From contig CALWTH010000054.1 of the NCBI GenBank assembly GCA_944384405.1, positions 2,277 to 66,276 on the forward strand: a DNA stretch of 64,000 nucleotides, in the 5' to 3' direction. Under the pieces are notes generated by a model that did not search any database, was not told the DNA's origin, and saw only the letters and a list, made by a program, of their open reading frames with translations. Positions 1 to 11,571 of this stretch are shown one piece after another. Position 1 is the stretch's first letter, and each line of letters starts with the position of its first letter. Made by a program: the position numbers and the translations under genes. This stretch comes from an uncultured Clostridia bacterium. GTDB lineage: Bacteria > Bacillota > Clostridia > Christensenellales > UBA1242.

Positions 1-1367
1 TAGAAACTTTTGGAATACCTGCAAAAGTTATAGAAGTTGTTGTGGGACCAGCGGTAACAAGATATGAACTTGAAATGCCCACAGGTATTTCCGTCAAGAA
101 AATTTTAGCACATTCAGATGATATCGCCTTAAATCTTGCTGCAAATGGTGATATACGTATTGAAGCACCAATACCAGGTAAAAGTGCAGTTGGTATAGAA
201 GTACCAAATGAAAAAATTGCAACTGTGGGGCTTAGAGATATTATGGCATCGCAAGAATTTCAAAATGCCAAAGCACCTCTTACTTTTGTTCTTGGAAAAG
301 ATATATCAGGAGCAGTAAGACTTTGCAATTTAGCAAAGATGCCACACCTTTTGGTTGCTGGTTCAACAGGTAGTGGTAAGTCTGTATGTCTAAATGCTAT
401 TATTTTAAGCTTAATATACAAAACAAGTCCTGATGATGTACGACTTATTCTAATTGACCCAAAACAAGTTGAATTTTCAATTTATAATGGCTTGCCACAC
501 CTTTTAATACCAAATGTCATCATAGATCCAGACAAAGCTTTAAATGCTCTTTCATGGGCTGTCAATGAGATGGAGAGAAGATACTCGCTATTTAAAGACA
601 CAAGGACAAAGGATATAACAGAATACAACACTTCAAGCGCTGTTATGGAAGGCACAAATGAAAAACTGCCATACATTGTCGTCATAGTTGATGAACTTGC
701 TGACCTTTTGATGAGTGCTAAAAAAGATGTTGAAGAAAAACTTACTCGTCTTGCTGCAAAGTCCAGAGCCGCAGGCATACACTTGATTTTGGCTACACAA
801 AGACCATCAGTTGATGTTATCACAGGAACTATGAAAAACAACTTCCCATCAAGAATATCTTTCAAACTTATGAGTTTTGCTGATAGCCGAACAATTTTGG
901 ATCAAGGTGGTGCTGAAAAACTTCTTGGAAGAGGTGATATGCTCTATAAACCTAACGACGCACCAGAGCCAAGACGTATTCAAGGATGTTTTGTTACATC
1001 TTCTGAAGTCGCAAACATTGTTGACTTTGTCAAGGAAAATAACAAAGATTATGATTACGATGATAAAGTGGAAACACAAATTCAAAATCCACCACAAGAC
1101 ATTATGGCAAGTGCTAATGGTGACAATGTGTCCGATGGCTTTGATCCACTTATGCCTCAGGCGCTTAGATGTGTTATAGAAAATGGTCAGGCTTCAATTT
1201 CAATGTTACAGAGACGTTTGGTGATAGGTTATCCTCGTGCTGCAAGAATTATTGACCAAATGCAAGATCACAATTTCATTTCTGCTCAAGACGGAAGTAA
1301 GCCACGCACTGTGTTAATAACTAAGGAGCAATATATAGATTTATTTGGAGAGATAAATGACGGTTGA
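1..1367 (+). CDS. ftsK: DNA translocase FtsK/SpoIIIE, C-terminal motor and gamma domains (5' end outside window)
   Basis: Frame open to window start; Walker A GSTGSGKS, Walker B IVVIVDELADL, ATQRPSVDVITG motif, C-terminal winged-helix segment ISMLQRRLVIGYPRAARIIDQM. Confidence 0.9.
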   Translation, partial: ETFGIPAKVIEVVVGPAVTRYELEMPTGISVKKILAHSDDIALNLAANGDIRIEAPIPGKSAVGIEVPNEKIATVGLRDIMASQEFQNAKAPLTFVLGKDISGAVRLCNLAKMPHLLVAGSTGSGKSVCLNAIILSLIYKTSPDDVRLILIDPKQVEFSIYNGLPHLLIPNVIIDPDKALNALSWAVNEMERRYSLFKDTRTKDITEYNTSSAVMEGTNEKLPYIVVIVDELADLLMSAKKDVEEKLTRLAAKSRAAGIHLILATQRPSVDVITGTMKNNFPSRISFKLMSFADSRTILDQGGAEKLLGRGDMLYKPNDAPEPRRIQGCFVTSSEVANIVDFVKENNKDYDYDDKVETQIQNPPQDIMASANGDNVSDGFDPLMPQALRCVIENGQASISMLQRRLVIGYPRAARIIDQMQDHNFISAQDGSKPRTVLITKEQYIDLFGEINDG

Positions 1368-2670
1368 ACAACTAAAGACAAAAAAAATTTCGGCGATAAG
1401 CCTTGGATGTGACAAAAACAGGGTGGACCTTGAACATATGCTTGGTGCACTCTCAGATTTTGGCTTTGAAATTGTACCAAATATTGAAGATGCAGAGATA
1501 ATAATTGTAAATACCTGTGCTTTCATTTCTTCTGCTGTTAAAGAGGCAATTGACAATATCTTCCTTGCAGTAAAGCAAAAAAATGGCAAATGTGAAAAAG
1601 TGATTGTAACAGGTTGTTTAAATGAAAGATATGCAGACACTTTAAAAAAAGAAATACCGGAAGTTGACGCTTTTGTTAGAGTGAAAGACAATGACCAAAT
1701 CTTAAAAGTAGTATTTGATTTGTATCAAATTGAGCATAAAGACAGATTCAAAAATCAGGGGAGATTACTCACAACTCCATCTCATTACGCATATTTAAAA
1801 ATCGCAGATGGTTGCAATAATGGGTGTGCATATTGCACAATTCCACGAATACGTGGCCGATATAAATCTGTGCCAATTGATGATGTTGTTAAAGAAGCAA
1901 AACTTTTAGCATCAAAGGGAGTGAAAGAACTTATTGTTGTTGCACAAGATGTTTCAAGATATGGTGAAGATTTATATGGTCAAGTCATGTTAATTCCACT
2001 GCTTGAAAAACTGAGTAAAATTCGTGATATAAAATGGATAAGGCTTCATTATCTATATCCTGAAATGATAACAGATGAACTTCTTGACTATATTTATGAA
2101 AATGAAAAAATATGTAAATATTTAGACATACCACTTCAACATATTGATGATGATATACTTCGTGAAATGAACAGAAAACTTGATGAAAATAAGACAAGAG
2201 AGCTTATACAAAAAATACAGCAAAAATATCCTAAAATTGCACTTAGGTCAACATACATAGTTGGTTTTCCTGGCGAAACTAAGAAAAAATTCAATAAACT
2301 TTTAGAGTTTATTCAGCAGTATCCAATGCCAGATGTTGGATTTTTCCCATATTATAGAGAAGATAAAACAAAAGCATACTATATGAAACAAATACCTTCA
2401 TTTATAAAGAAATTAAGGTTGAAAAAAATATATGGTATTCAAAAAATAGTTAGTGATAAGCTAAACTTAAAAAGAGTGGGTGAAGTTGTTGAAGCCGTTG
2501 TTGATTACTATGATGAACAAAATAATTGCTATATATTAAGAGATCAATTTTCATCACCAAACATTGACTTCGTGATAGAAGTTAGTGCACAAAATTTAAA
2601 AATTGGCGAGTTTTATAATGTGAAACTTACTGATTATAATAATGATATATTTAAAGGAGAAATTATATGA
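1357..2670 (+). CDS. rimO: Ribosomal protein S12 methylthiotransferase RimO (MiaB-family radical SAM)
   Basis: N-terminal ISLGCDKNRVDLEHM, radical-SAM cluster CNNGCAYCTIP, C-terminal TRAM-like VGEVVEAVVDYY; overlaps ftsK end by 11 nt. Confidence 0.75.
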   Translation: MTVEQLKTKKISAISLGCDKNRVDLEHMLGALSDFGFEIVPNIEDAEIIIVNTCAFISSAVKEAIDNIFLAVKQKNGKCEKVIVTGCLNERYADTLKKEIPEVDAFVRVKDNDQILKVVFDLYQIEHKDRFKNQGRLLTTPSHYAYLKIADGCNNGCAYCTIPRIRGRYKSVPIDDVVKEAKLLASKGVKELIVVAQDVSRYGEDLYGQVMLIPLLEKLSKIRDIKWIRLHYLYPEMITDELLDYIYENEKICKYLDIPLQHIDDDILREMNRKLDENKTRELIQKIQQKYPKIALRSTYIVGFPGETKKKFNKLLEFIQQYPMPDVGFFPYYREDKTKAYYMKQIPSFIKKLRLKKIYGIQKIVSDKLNLKRVGEVVEAVVDYYDEQNNCYILRDQFSSPNIDFVIEVSAQNLKIGEFYNVKLTDYNNDIFKGEII

Positions 2671-3242
2671 ATTTACCAAATAAGTTAAGTATTTTAAGAA
2701 TATGTTTTATACCTTTTGTAATGTTTTTCTACTTGCAACCATTTTGGACTTGGGGCAAAATTGTCGCAGTTGTTCTGTTTGTTCTTGCCGTTTTAACCGA
2801 CACACTTGATGGATACATTGCTAGAAAATATAACATGGTCACAGATCTTGGAAAACTTTTGGATACCAATGCAGATAAAATTTTAGTTTTATCAGCACTT
2901 CTTATGGTCATTTGTGATGGCACAATTTTGGCACCATATGGGGTAATTGTTGCAACAATAATCATTGGTAGGGATATGATAATAAGTGCTTTTAGACAAA
3001 TTGCTGCAACAAAAAATTTCGTAATGGCTGCAGATAAGCTTGGAAAAATCAAAGCAATATTTACTGATATCGCAATGATTTTATTCATGCTACTTAGTTA
3101 TTTTAATTTAATATCAATAAATGAAACATTTTTGTATGTATATACAATCATATCTTACGTTATTTTGGGAATAGCTGTTGTTTTAACAGTTTGGTCAATG
3201 CTTAATTACATGATAAAAAATAGAAGTGTTATTAAGGAATAA
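2667..3242 (+). CDS. pgsA: CDP-diacylglycerol--glycerol-3-phosphate 3-phosphatidyltransferase
   Basis: CDP-alcohol phosphatidyltransferase motif DTLDGYIARKYNMVTDLGKLLDTNADK; several TM helices; ATGA overlap with rimO stop. Confidence 0.85.
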   Translation: MNLPNKLSILRICFIPFVMFFYLQPFWTWGKIVAVVLFVLAVLTDTLDGYIARKYNMVTDLGKLLDTNADKILVLSALLMVICDGTILAPYGVIVATIIIGRDMIISAFRQIAATKNFVMAADKLGKIKAIFTDIAMILFMLLSYFNLISINETFLYVYTIISYVILGIAVVLTVWSMLNYMIKNRSVIKE

Positions 3243-3245
3243 CAT

Positions 3246-4466
3246 ATGATTTCCATTTATACAATTTCAGACAAATCGCTGATGGGAAAGGAATTGAATA
3301 TTTTGTCTTCATACCTTAGCGAAAGTTTATTTAAAAATAACTTTAGAATAGAAAAACAATGTATATTGTCAAATAATATTGATTTTAATTCACAACTAAA
3401 CATTGCTTTAAAAGGCAATGATATATATATTTTTTTAGTTGATAAAGCTAATTTAACTTTGAACCAGTATATTGCTGACCTTTGTGGATCTTCACTTATT
3501 GATAATCCGTATTTAAAAAATGCTCTATTTGATTACAATAAAAAGCACAATCAAGTTCCAACAAAAGACGATGAAAATGAGTGGAAAATTCCATCTATTG
3601 CACGTGCAGTTGTCAATCCACGTGGTCGTGTGCAGGGTTATATTGTAACTTATAAAAGTGATATTTTTTGCGTATTACCAAATAACTATATAGATGCTAG
3701 AGATATGTTTGACGATGTCGTTTTGGACTTTATTCTTAGCAACCAAAAGAAAAAATATAAAAATTATACTTTTAAGACTTTTGGGTTGTCAGAAAATGGT
3801 ATAATCCAAGCAATTTATTCTGAAATAAAAAACAAGTTTAAGGTGTCAATAAATCTTTTCGCGAAGCCGTTTGAAGTTGATATCGTATTAAAAGCTGGAG
3901 CTGAAAATGAACACCTAGAAGAAGTTGCAAAAAATGTTTTGCTTAAACTAGACAAATTCATATACGCAGTTGAAGATGTGCCTATTGAAAAAGTGCTTTA
4001 TGAACTTTTAAAAATGAATGACATAAAAATAGGCTTTGTTGAAGATGTAACTTGTGGCGAACTTATGTCAAGATTAAATAGGCAAGCACCTGATGCAAAA
4101 AATTATATTGCTCCAAGTTTGGTACTCACTTCAAAAGAAGATAAAAAAGACAAACTTGATTTACAGGACATAGATTCAGGTGATGTCGACGCAAATGTTG
4201 TTTACAATATTGCTGTTGAATATTTAAAACAAAATAAAAGTGCAAATTTAGTAATTGCAACTGTAGGCACAACAACATCAGCAAATAATCTCGCTAGTGG
4301 ACTAAGTTATATTGCAGTTGGCGATAGAAATGAAATACACGTTTATAAAAATATTTTTAAAGGTTCTCACGAGGAGATAGTAGACTGTATATGTACTGCA
4401 AGTTATTTTTATTTAATAAAAAAATTGAAAAAAAATGATTTTCATTTTGAGCAAATTACTGTATAA
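3246..4466 (+). CDS. cinA: CinA-like competence/damage-inducible protein (diverged)
   Basis: Sits directly upstream of recA as in many Firmicutes; C-terminal EDVTCGEL resembles the CinA/PncC ESCTGG motif; N-terminal domain poorly conserved. Confidence 0.5.
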   Translation: MISIYTISDKSLMGKELNILSSYLSESLFKNNFRIEKQCILSNNIDFNSQLNIALKGNDIYIFLVDKANLTLNQYIADLCGSSLIDNPYLKNALFDYNKKHNQVPTKDDENEWKIPSIARAVVNPRGRVQGYIVTYKSDIFCVLPNNYIDARDMFDDVVLDFILSNQKKKYKNYTFKTFGLSENGIIQAIYSEIKNKFKVSINLFAKPFEVDIVLKAGAENEHLEEVAKNVLLKLDKFIYAVEDVPIEKVLYELLKMNDIKIGFVEDVTCGELMSRLNRQAPDAKNYIAPSLVLTSKEDKKDKLDLQDIDSGDVDANVVYNIAVEYLKQNKSANLVIATVGTTTSANNLASGLSYIAVGDRNEIHVYKNIFKGSHEEIVDCICTASYFYLIKKLKKNDFHFEQITV

Positions 4467-4490
4467 TATATTAGAAATTTTGGAGGAAAA

Positions 4491-5477
4491 ATGGACGAGA
4501 ATAAAAAGAAATCACTTGACCAAGCAATTCTTGCAATAGAAAAACAATTTGGAAAGGGTGCAATTATGCGTCTTGGTGATGCCCCTGTGCAAAAAATTGA
4601 TGTCATACCAACAGGTTGTTTACCTCTTGACTTAGCATTGGGAGTAGGTGGCGTTCCACGTGGTAGAATTGTTGAAATATATGGTCCAGAATCATCTGGT
4701 AAAACAACGATAGCACTTCATATCATTGCGGAAGCACAAAAAGCAGGTGGCACTGCTGCCTTTATTGATGCTGAACATGCACTTGACCCAATATATGCTG
4801 AGCATCTAGGTGTCAATGTTAGCGACCTTTATGTTTCTCAGCCAGATAATGGTGAGCAGGCGCTTGATATTTGTGACACATTGGTAAGAACAGCGAGTGT
4901 TGACGTTGTCGTTGTTGACTCCGTAGCAGCACTCACACCAAAGGCAGAAATTGATGGTGATATGGGGGAAAATCATGTTGGCTTGCAGGCAAGACTTATG
5001 AGCCAAGCATTAAGAAAACTTGCGGGTATTGCAAACAAAAGTAAGACCTGCATAATCTTTATTAACCAATTAAGAGAAAAAATTGGAGTTATGTTTGGCA
5101 ATCCAGAAACTACTGCTGGTGGAAAAGCACTTAAATTTTATGCAAGTGTAAGAATGGACGTTAGAAGAGTTGACACAATTAAAAATGGTGACGAGTTTGT
5201 CGGCAATAGAACAAAAATCAAAATTGTCAAAAACAAACTTGCGCCACCTTTCAAAACTGTTGAATTTGATATAATATATGGCAAAGGCATTTCAAAAACA
5301 GGTTGCATACTTGATATGGCTGTTGAACAGGGTATTTGTCAAAAAACTGGCTCTTGGTTCTCATACAACGACGAAAAAATCGGTCAAGGTAAAGAAAACG
5401 CAAAGAAATATCTTGAAGATAATCCAAATGTCATGGAAGAAATTGAGATCAAAATTAAAGAAAAACTTAATATTTAA
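4491..5477 (+). CDS. recA: Recombinase RecA
   Basis: Full-length RecA signature: GPESSGKTT Walker [35 protein letters not shown]; GGAGG RBS upstream. Confidence 0.97.
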   Translation: MDENKKKSLDQAILAIEKQFGKGAIMRLGDAPVQKIDVIPTGCLPLDLALGVGGVPRGRIVEIYGPESSGKTTIALHIIAEAQKAGGTAAFIDAEHALDPIYAEHLGVNVSDLYVSQPDNGEQALDICDTLVRTASVDVVVVDSVAALTPKAEIDGDMGENHVGLQARLMSQALRKLAGIANKSKTCIIFINQLREKIGVMFGNPETTAGGKALKFYASVRMDVRRVDTIKNGDEFVGNRTKIKIVKNKLAPPFKTVEFDIIYGKGISKTGCILDMAVEQGICQKTGSWFSYNDEKIGQGKENAKKYLEDNPNVMEEIEIKIKEKLNI

Positions 5478-7681
5478 GGAACAAGATCAACTATGTTACT
5501 TTTATCGCTGATAATCTCTGTATTGTCAGCGTAATTTTTTATTTTGGTGATTATGAAATATTGGCTTCTTTTATCTATATCAAAACTTTGTTCACATATC
5601 CCACTTTGATTTGATATCTCACTGAGTAAATTTTGCTCTCCATCACATTCACAGTATATTTCATATATTAAATAATCTTGGGCATCGAAACTAAGTACAG
5701 CTTTGCCATTTTCAACTTTACCACTTAGATGTGGTGGGGCAACACTTATAAATTTTGTTGATTTTTCTTTTGGTGGATTGAATCTTGAAAAAATCTCAGT
5801 TGTGATGTACTTTTGTGGAATGTAATTGTTGGCTTTGTAAACTATATGTTCATTGCTTAAACTTAGTGTGTCTATATTTTCCTTGTATACGCTATTTGGC
5901 ATAACAAAAGGTTTAACTGACGTATTTTTGTATATGCCATTAAGATATAACTTCACGATATCTGTTGGAAGTCCGCCTCCAACATAGTCAATAGGCGTGT
6001 TGTCTGCGTTACCTAGCCAAATACCAACAATATCACTAGTTGTGTATGAAATGTTATATGCATTGGTGTTTTTTGTGTTTCCAACAGTTCCTGTTTTGGT
6101 CGCAACTTCAAATTTGGTATCAGAAAGTTTTCTTCCTGTTCCGCTTTTTGCACAAGTTTTTAGCATATCGGTCATAAGATATGCTGTGTCGTCACGTAAA
6201 ACACTTGATGATGTTGGCGTGTTGTGGTAAATAATTTTTCCATTTTTATCAGTTATGTAATTGATAAATTTTGCCTCAGTAAATTTACCGTTATTTGAAA
6301 ATACTGAATAGGCGTTTGTAAGTTGTTTAAGTGATGTTCCATAAGACATACCTCCAAGGGCAATACTTAGATTGTCATCTGATTTATCGAATTCAATTCC
6401 ACACCTTTTTGCGTAATATTTTGATTTATCAATTCCTGTATAGCTAAGCACTTTGACTGCAGGAATGTTTAGCGACTTACTTACGCACTCACGTACAGAA
6501 ACATATCCGTGATACACATCGTTGACATTTTTAGGACTGTAACCATTGATGTTTATGTACTCGTCATTTATCTGAGTAAGGGGTGATATTATATTCTCAT
6601 TTAAAGCAGGTGCATAAACGAGTATTGGCTTTATTGCTGAGCCGGGCTGTCTTTTTGCATTTAACATTTCAACAGGAGCATTTCCATAGTACGCTTCAAT
6701 TTTTGTTCCATCAGCAGAAATTGATATCCCTAAATAATCACTATTTATATCATATGAATTAAAACTATCCATCAAATTTTTTTGCTTATTAGCATCATAA
6801 TATGTGTATATATTGTACTCTCCAATTGCGATATTTTTTGCAGGCATGTTTAATATATCACACGCTTCGCTAACGACAGCACTTTGATAAGAATTTAATG
6901 TGTTGTTTAGTATTGGAGTTATTTTTACGTCAATGTCACTAAGTCTTGCGTTGTTGTAATTATCAAAAGTAATTTTATTATCATCTAGCATTTCGTTTAG
7001 AACAATATTCCGTCTTTGCTTTGATTTTTCCATATTTTTAATAGGTGAGTAGGCGTTAGGTGATTTTATCATACCAGCAAGAGTTGCACTTTCGCTTAGA
7101 GTTAAGTCTTTTGCTGATTTAGAGAAGTAATATCTGCTTGCATTTTCTATACCATAACAATTATCTCCAAAATATATGATGTTTAAATAGTATTCAAGTA
7201 TTTGGTCTTTGGTTAAAGTTTTTTCAAGTTTTTTAGTCAGCACTATTTCATTAATTTTTCTTGTAAAAGTCTTTTCGTTTGTTAGGTGAGTGTTTTTTAT
7301 GAGTTGTTGACTTATGGTTGATGCTCCTTCTTTTAGTTTAAACGATGTTATATTTTTTAACATCGCTACCGCCATTCGTTTATAATTTAGTCCATGATGT
7401 TTATAAAAATCTTTGTCTTCAATAGATATAAAAGCTTGAATAGTATAGTCATTTAGTGTGTGCAATTTGACAAAACTACTACCCATGGTATTATCTTTTA
7501 TTGGTCTGTTGCTCTTGTCAAATAAATTTATTGATATATTTGAATATTTGATTTTATTTATGTCAAATTGAACTTTGTCTGAAAAAAGATATGTTCCAAC
7601 AATAAACAGTGAAAAAACAGCTATTATACACAAAAGTGTAATAGAGGAGTATAACAAGACTTTTTTTATAACCTTTTTCAT
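5474..7681 (-). CDS. Class A penicillin-binding protein (glycosyltransferase GT51 + transpeptidase)
   Basis: N-terminal TM; GT51 motifs [14 protein letters not shown] and GASTISQQL; transpeptidase SAIKP (SxxK), SLN, KTGT; 3' ends of recA and this gene overlap by 4 nt. Confidence 0.85.
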   Translation of the reverse strand: MKKVIKKVLLYSSITLLCIIAVFSLFIVGTYLFSDKVQFDINKIKYSNISINLFDKSNRPIKDNTMGSSFVKLHTLNDYTIQAFISIEDKDFYKHHGLNYKRMAVAMLKNITSFKLKEGASTISQQLIKNTHLTNEKTFTRKINEIVLTKKLEKTLTKDQILEYYLNIIYFGDNCYGIENASRYYFSKSAKDLTLSESATLAGMIKSPNAYSPIKNMEKSKQRRNIVLNEMLDDNKITFDNYNNARLSDIDVKITPILNNTLNSYQSAVVSEACDILNMPAKNIAIGEYNIYTYYDANKQKNLMDSFNSYDINSDYLGISISADGTKIEAYYGNAPVEMLNAKRQPGSAIKPILVYAPALNENIISPLTQINDEYININGYSPKNVNDVYHGYVSVRECVSKSLNIPAVKVLSYTGIDKSKYYAKRCGIEFDKSDDNLSIALGGMSYGTSLKQLTNAYSVFSNNGKFTEAKFINYITDKNGKIIYHNTPTSSSVLRDDTAYLMTDMLKTCAKSGTGRKLSDTKFEVATKTGTVGNTKNTNAYNISYTTSDIVGIWLGNADNTPIDYVGGGLPTDIVKLYLNGIYKNTSVKPFVMPNSVYKENIDTLSLSNEHIVYKANNYIPQKYITTEIFSRFNPPKEKSTKFISVAPPHLSGKVENGKAVLSFDAQDYLIYEIYCECDGEQNLLSEISNQSGICEQSFDIDKRSQYFIITKIKNYADNTEIISDKSNIVDLVP

Positions 7682-7754
7682 ACCTAGTTTATTATGAGTA
7701 TTTATTGTGTAATTATTACTACCATAATAAAATTTTTTATTTAATAGATATTTA

Positions 7755-7784
7755 TTGTAAATTTGGTATCAAATAGTGTATAAT
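7755..7784 (+). promoter_or_regulatory. Putative sigma-A promoter for miaB-mutSL-miaA
   Basis: TTGTAA (7755-7760), 18-nt spacer, TATAAT (7779-7784), about 25 nt upstream of the miaB start. Confidence 0.35.
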
Positions 7785-7807
7785 GAAAACAAAGCTTAGG
7801 AGAATTA

Positions 7808-8935
7808 ATGTTATATAATATTGTTACATACGGATGTCAAATGAATGTCCATGAATCTGAAAAAATAGCTGCTATTTTGGAAGAATTAGGTTATAAAGAA
7901 ACAGAGAAACGAGAAGATGCCGATATTATTGTTTTCAACACTTGTGCAATAAGAGAGGGAGCAGAAGACAGAGCTTTTGGCAATATTGGTGCCCTTAAAC
8001 AACAAAAGAAAAAAAATAAAAATTTGTTAATTATTGTATGTGGTTGCATGACTCAACAAAAAAGTGTTCAAGAAAAGTTATTTAAAACTTTCCCATTTAT
8101 TGATATAATCATTGGAACACATAATTTATATAAATTAAAAAGTTTAATTCAAAGAAAAGTTGAAGACAAAAAGCGAATTTGCGATTATGAAGAAAGTGGA
8201 GACCTTCACGAAGAATTGATTTCAAAGCGCTCAAGCGGTGACAACGCTTGGGTTAATATCATGTATGGTTGTAACAATTTTTGTACATATTGCATTGTTC
8301 CATATGTACGTGGAAGAGAAAAAAGTCGCAAGAAAGCCGATATTTTAAAAGAGATAAAAGATATTGTTTCAAGTGACGACTACAAAACAATTACGCTTCT
8401 TGGTCAAAATGTCAATTCTTATGGCAATGATGACAAGTCACAAGGAACATTTAGCGAGCTATTGCAAGATATTTGCAATATTGAAGGAGATTTTAAATTG
8501 ACGTTTATGACTTCACATCCAAAAGACTTATGTGATGATTTAATTGAAGTTATGGCAAAAAATGACAAAATTTTGAAAGAACTTCATCTTCCAGTTCAAA
8601 GCGGTTCAAATGGAATACTTAAAAAAATGAACAGAAATTATACAATTAAGCACTATTTATCTATTGTTGAAAAACTAAGGTCAAAAATGCCAAACATAAG
8701 GCTTACAACTGACATAATTGTTGGTTTTCCAGGTGAAACAGAACAAGATTTTATGCAAACTTGTGACTTAGTCAAAAAAGTTAACTACGATGGTATATTC
8801 GCTTTTATGTATTCAAAAAGAAGTGGCACGGTTGCAGAAAAGATGCCAAATCAAATTGATGATGAAACAAAACATCGCCGTGTAAATTATCTTTTGCAAC
8901 TAGAAAAGGAGATTAAAGCACAAAAGGAGAACTAA
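7808..8935 (+). CDS. miaB: tRNA-i6A37 methylthiotransferase MiaB, without C-terminal TRAM domain
   Basis: TYGCQMNVHESEKI N-domain, radical-SAM CNNFCTYCIVP; ORF stops right after the radical-SAM core and mutS begins 6 nt later. Confidence 0.75.
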   Translation: MLYNIVTYGCQMNVHESEKIAAILEELGYKETEKREDADIIVFNTCAIREGAEDRAFGNIGALKQQKKKNKNLLIIVCGCMTQQKSVQEKLFKTFPFIDIIIGTHNLYKLKSLIQRKVEDKKRICDYEESGDLHEELISKRSSGDNAWVNIMYGCNNFCTYCIVPYVRGREKSRKKADILKEIKDIVSSDDYKTITLLGQNVNSYGNDDKSQGTFSELLQDICNIEGDFKLTFMTSHPKDLCDDLIEVMAKNDKILKELHLPVQSGSNGILKKMNRNYTIKHYLSIVEKLRSKMPNIRLTTDIIVGFPGETEQDFMQTCDLVKKVNYDGIFAFMYSKRSGTVAEKMPNQIDDETKHRRVNYLLQLEKEIKAQKEN

Positions 8936-8941
8936 AGATTA

Positions 8942-11563
8942 ATGGACTTAAAAAAGATTTTAGAAATTAAAAAATTGTCACCAATGATGAGACAATACGT
9001 TATCACAAAATTAGAAAATCCTGATAGTGTACTATTTTATCGTCTTGGTGATTTTTACGAACTGTTTTTTGATGACGCTGTTGAAATATCTCACGTACTC
9101 GATTTGACACTTACGGGCAAAGATTGTGGCATAGACGAAAGAGCGCCAATGTGTGGAGTTCCATATCACGCAGTCGACGGTTATATAAATAAACTTATAT
9201 CTCTTGGATATAAAATTGCTATCTGTGAGCAAACAAGTGATCCAAAAGACAAAAAATACAATGAACTTGTAAAAAGAGATATCGTAAGAATAATCACGCC
9301 AGGAACTTTGATTGACGCATCAATGCTTAATGACAAACAAAATAATTACATTGCATCAATCTATGACGATGGTGAAAACTTCGGACTTTCATATCTTGAT
9401 TTGTCAACTGGAGAGTTTAAAACAATAGAATTAGCAGGAGAGGACAAAATAAAGAGTTTAAACGACATTTTGGTTAGAATAATGCCAAGTGAAATTTTGG
9501 CTTACTGCGATAAACAAGTTGAAAGTAAACTCCAAGTTAGACAACTCGATTTAATTCCAAAATTTTCATACCAATACGCAGAGCTATTTGACAAAAAAAC
9601 ATGCGAAGATGTGCTTGAAAAACAATTTTCAAGTGATTATAAGGAAAAATTTGGTTTAAAAAGACACTCTGCATCAGTTATCTCCTCAGGTGCACTTTTG
9701 GGATATATAGTCAGCACACAAAAGAGAGATCTTTCGCACATCAATTCATTAAAATACATTGGCGAAGAAAAGTTTATGATTTTGGATATTAACACAAGAC
9801 GCAATCTTGAAATCATGGAAACTATGCGTGATAGAAGAAAGCGTGGCTCACTTATTGGTGTCATGGACAAAACTAGGACTTCAATGGGTGCAAGACTTAT
9901 TCGTTCATGGATTGAACAACCGCTTTATGATGCAAAACTCATAAATTTGCGTTTGGACGCAGTTGAAGATTTGTATTCAAAAATCATACTAAGAGATAAT
10001 TTAACATCAATACTAAACAGATGCAATGATATTGAAAGGATATGTGGACGAATTTCTTATAATAACTTTACTCCAAAAGATTGCAAAGGACTTTGTGAGA
10101 GTTTGGCACTTTTACCAGCAATAAAATCACTTATTGAAAGTTGCAACTCACAGTTTATTAAGACAATTCATGACGATATAGACGATTATTCGACAATAGT
10201 CGACAGTTTGAAAAATGCCATAGTTGATAATCCTCCAACTTTAACAAATGTTGGTGGTATTTTCAAAGATGGGTATTCAAAAGAACTTGATGAGTATAGA
10301 TATGCACAAAAAAATAGCCAACAACTAATTGCCGACTACCAAACAAGGCAAAAAGAAATTACTGGAATTAAAAATTTAAAAGTTGCATACAACAAAGTTT
10401 ATGGCTATTATATTGAAATAAACAAACAGTATATATCAAATTTACCTTTGGACTATGTCAGAAAACAAACAGTTGCAAACAATGAAAGATATGTTTCAGA
10501 AGAACTTAAAAATCTTGAAGAGAAATTATCGACAGCAGAAGAAAAGGCACTTAAATTAGAGCAAAGATTGTTTAATGATATACGTGAAGAACTTTTAGGA
10601 CAAGTTGTTTCACTTCAAAAAACATCAAGTGCCATTGCCAGACTTGACTGCATACTTTCGCTTGCCCAACTTGCTATCAAAAACAACTACACAAAGCCAA
10701 AGATAAACAACAAAATGACATCAATAAAAATTGTTGATGGAAGACACCCAGTGGTGGAAGAACTATCAAAAGATGAGTTTATACCAAACGACACGTATCT
10801 TGATGACAATGAAAGTAGAACTATGATTATCACTGGTCCAAACATGGCAGGAAAAAGCACTTATATGAGGCAGGTGGCACTAATTACACTTATGGCACAT
10901 ATAGGAAGTTTTGTCCCTGCAAGACAAGCCGAAATTGCTCTCACTGATAGAATATTTACTCGTGTAGGTGCAAGTGATGACTTGTCACTGGGTCAATCGA
11001 CATTTATGGTTGAAATGTCAGAAGTTGCTAACATTTTGGAAAATGCGACCGACAAAAGTTTAATTGTGCTAGATGAAATAGGAAGGGGAACAAGCACATA
11101 TGACGGACTTAGCATAGCATGGTCAGTTGTTGAATACTTATCACATAATATGCATGCAAAAACATTGTTTTCAACGCACTATCATGAATTAACTGAACTT
11201 GAAAATTTTCTACCTGGGGTAAAAAATTATAAAATCTTAGTTAAAGAATTAAATGGGCACATTGTCTTCTTACGTAAAATTGCACGCGGAGGCGCATCAA
11301 GAAGTTTTGGTATTGAAGTTGCTGCACTTGCTGGTGTTCCAGACCAAGTTATTCAAAGGGCGAAAGAAATATCAAATATGCTAGAAAAGAATGATACAAC
11401 GAAATCATTGGCACTTAATGCCTCAGAAGACAAAGATGAAGCAAAACAAAAAGATGTCAATTATACTGAAATTATTAGTATTTTAAAAGATCTTGACGTC
11501 AATCGATTGACACCAATTAGTGCGTTTGAAATCATTTGTGACTTAAAAAGCAAAATAAAATAG
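8942..11563 (+). CDS. mutS: DNA mismatch repair protein MutS
   Basis: N-terminal mismatch-binding FYRLGDFYELFFDDA, Walker A GPNMAGKST, STFMVEMSE, DEIGRGTSTYDG. Confidence 0.95.
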   Translation: MDLKKILEIKKLSPMMRQYVITKLENPDSVLFYRLGDFYELFFDDAVEISHVLDLTLTGKDCGIDERAPMCGVPYHAVDGYINKLISLGYKIAICEQTSDPKDKKYNELVKRDIVRIITPGTLIDASMLNDKQNNYIASIYDDGENFGLSYLDLSTGEFKTIELAGEDKIKSLNDILVRIMPSEILAYCDKQVESKLQVRQLDLIPKFSYQYAELFDKKTCEDVLEKQFSSDYKEKFGLKRHSASVISSGALLGYIVSTQKRDLSHINSLKYIGEEKFMILDINTRRNLEIMETMRDRRKRGSLIGVMDKTRTSMGARLIRSWIEQPLYDAKLINLRLDAVEDLYSKIILRDNLTSILNRCNDIERICGRISYNNFTPKDCKGLCESLALLPAIKSLIESCNSQFIKTIHDDIDDYSTIVDSLKNAIVDNPPTLTNVGGIFKDGYSKELDEYRYAQKNSQQLIADYQTRQKEITGIKNLKVAYNKVYGYYIEINKQYISNLPLDYVRKQTVANNERYVSEELKNLEEKLSTAEEKALKLEQRLFNDIREELLGQVVSLQKTSSAIARLDCILSLAQLAIKNNYTKPKINNKMTSIKIVDGRHPVVEELSKDEFIPNDTYLDDNESRTMIITGPNMAGKSTYMRQVALITLMAHIGSFVPARQAEIALTDRIFTRVGASDDLSLGQSTFMVEMSEVANILENATDKSLIVLDEIGRGTSTYDGLSIAWSVVEYLSHNMHAKTLFSTHYHELTELENFLPGVKNYKILVKELNGHIVFLRKIARGGASRSFGIEVAALAGVPDQVIQRAKEISNMLEKNDTTKSLALNASEDKDEAKQKDVNYTEIISILKDLDVNRLTPISAFEIICDLKSKIK

Positions 11564-11571
11564 GAGGACTT

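Noticed and set aside
4467-4490. LexA box directly upstream of recA
   Set aside because: The 24-nt cinA-recA spacer contains only the RBS, with no GAAC-N4-GTTC match. recA is probably co-transcribed with upstream genes or controlled from a site I did not find.
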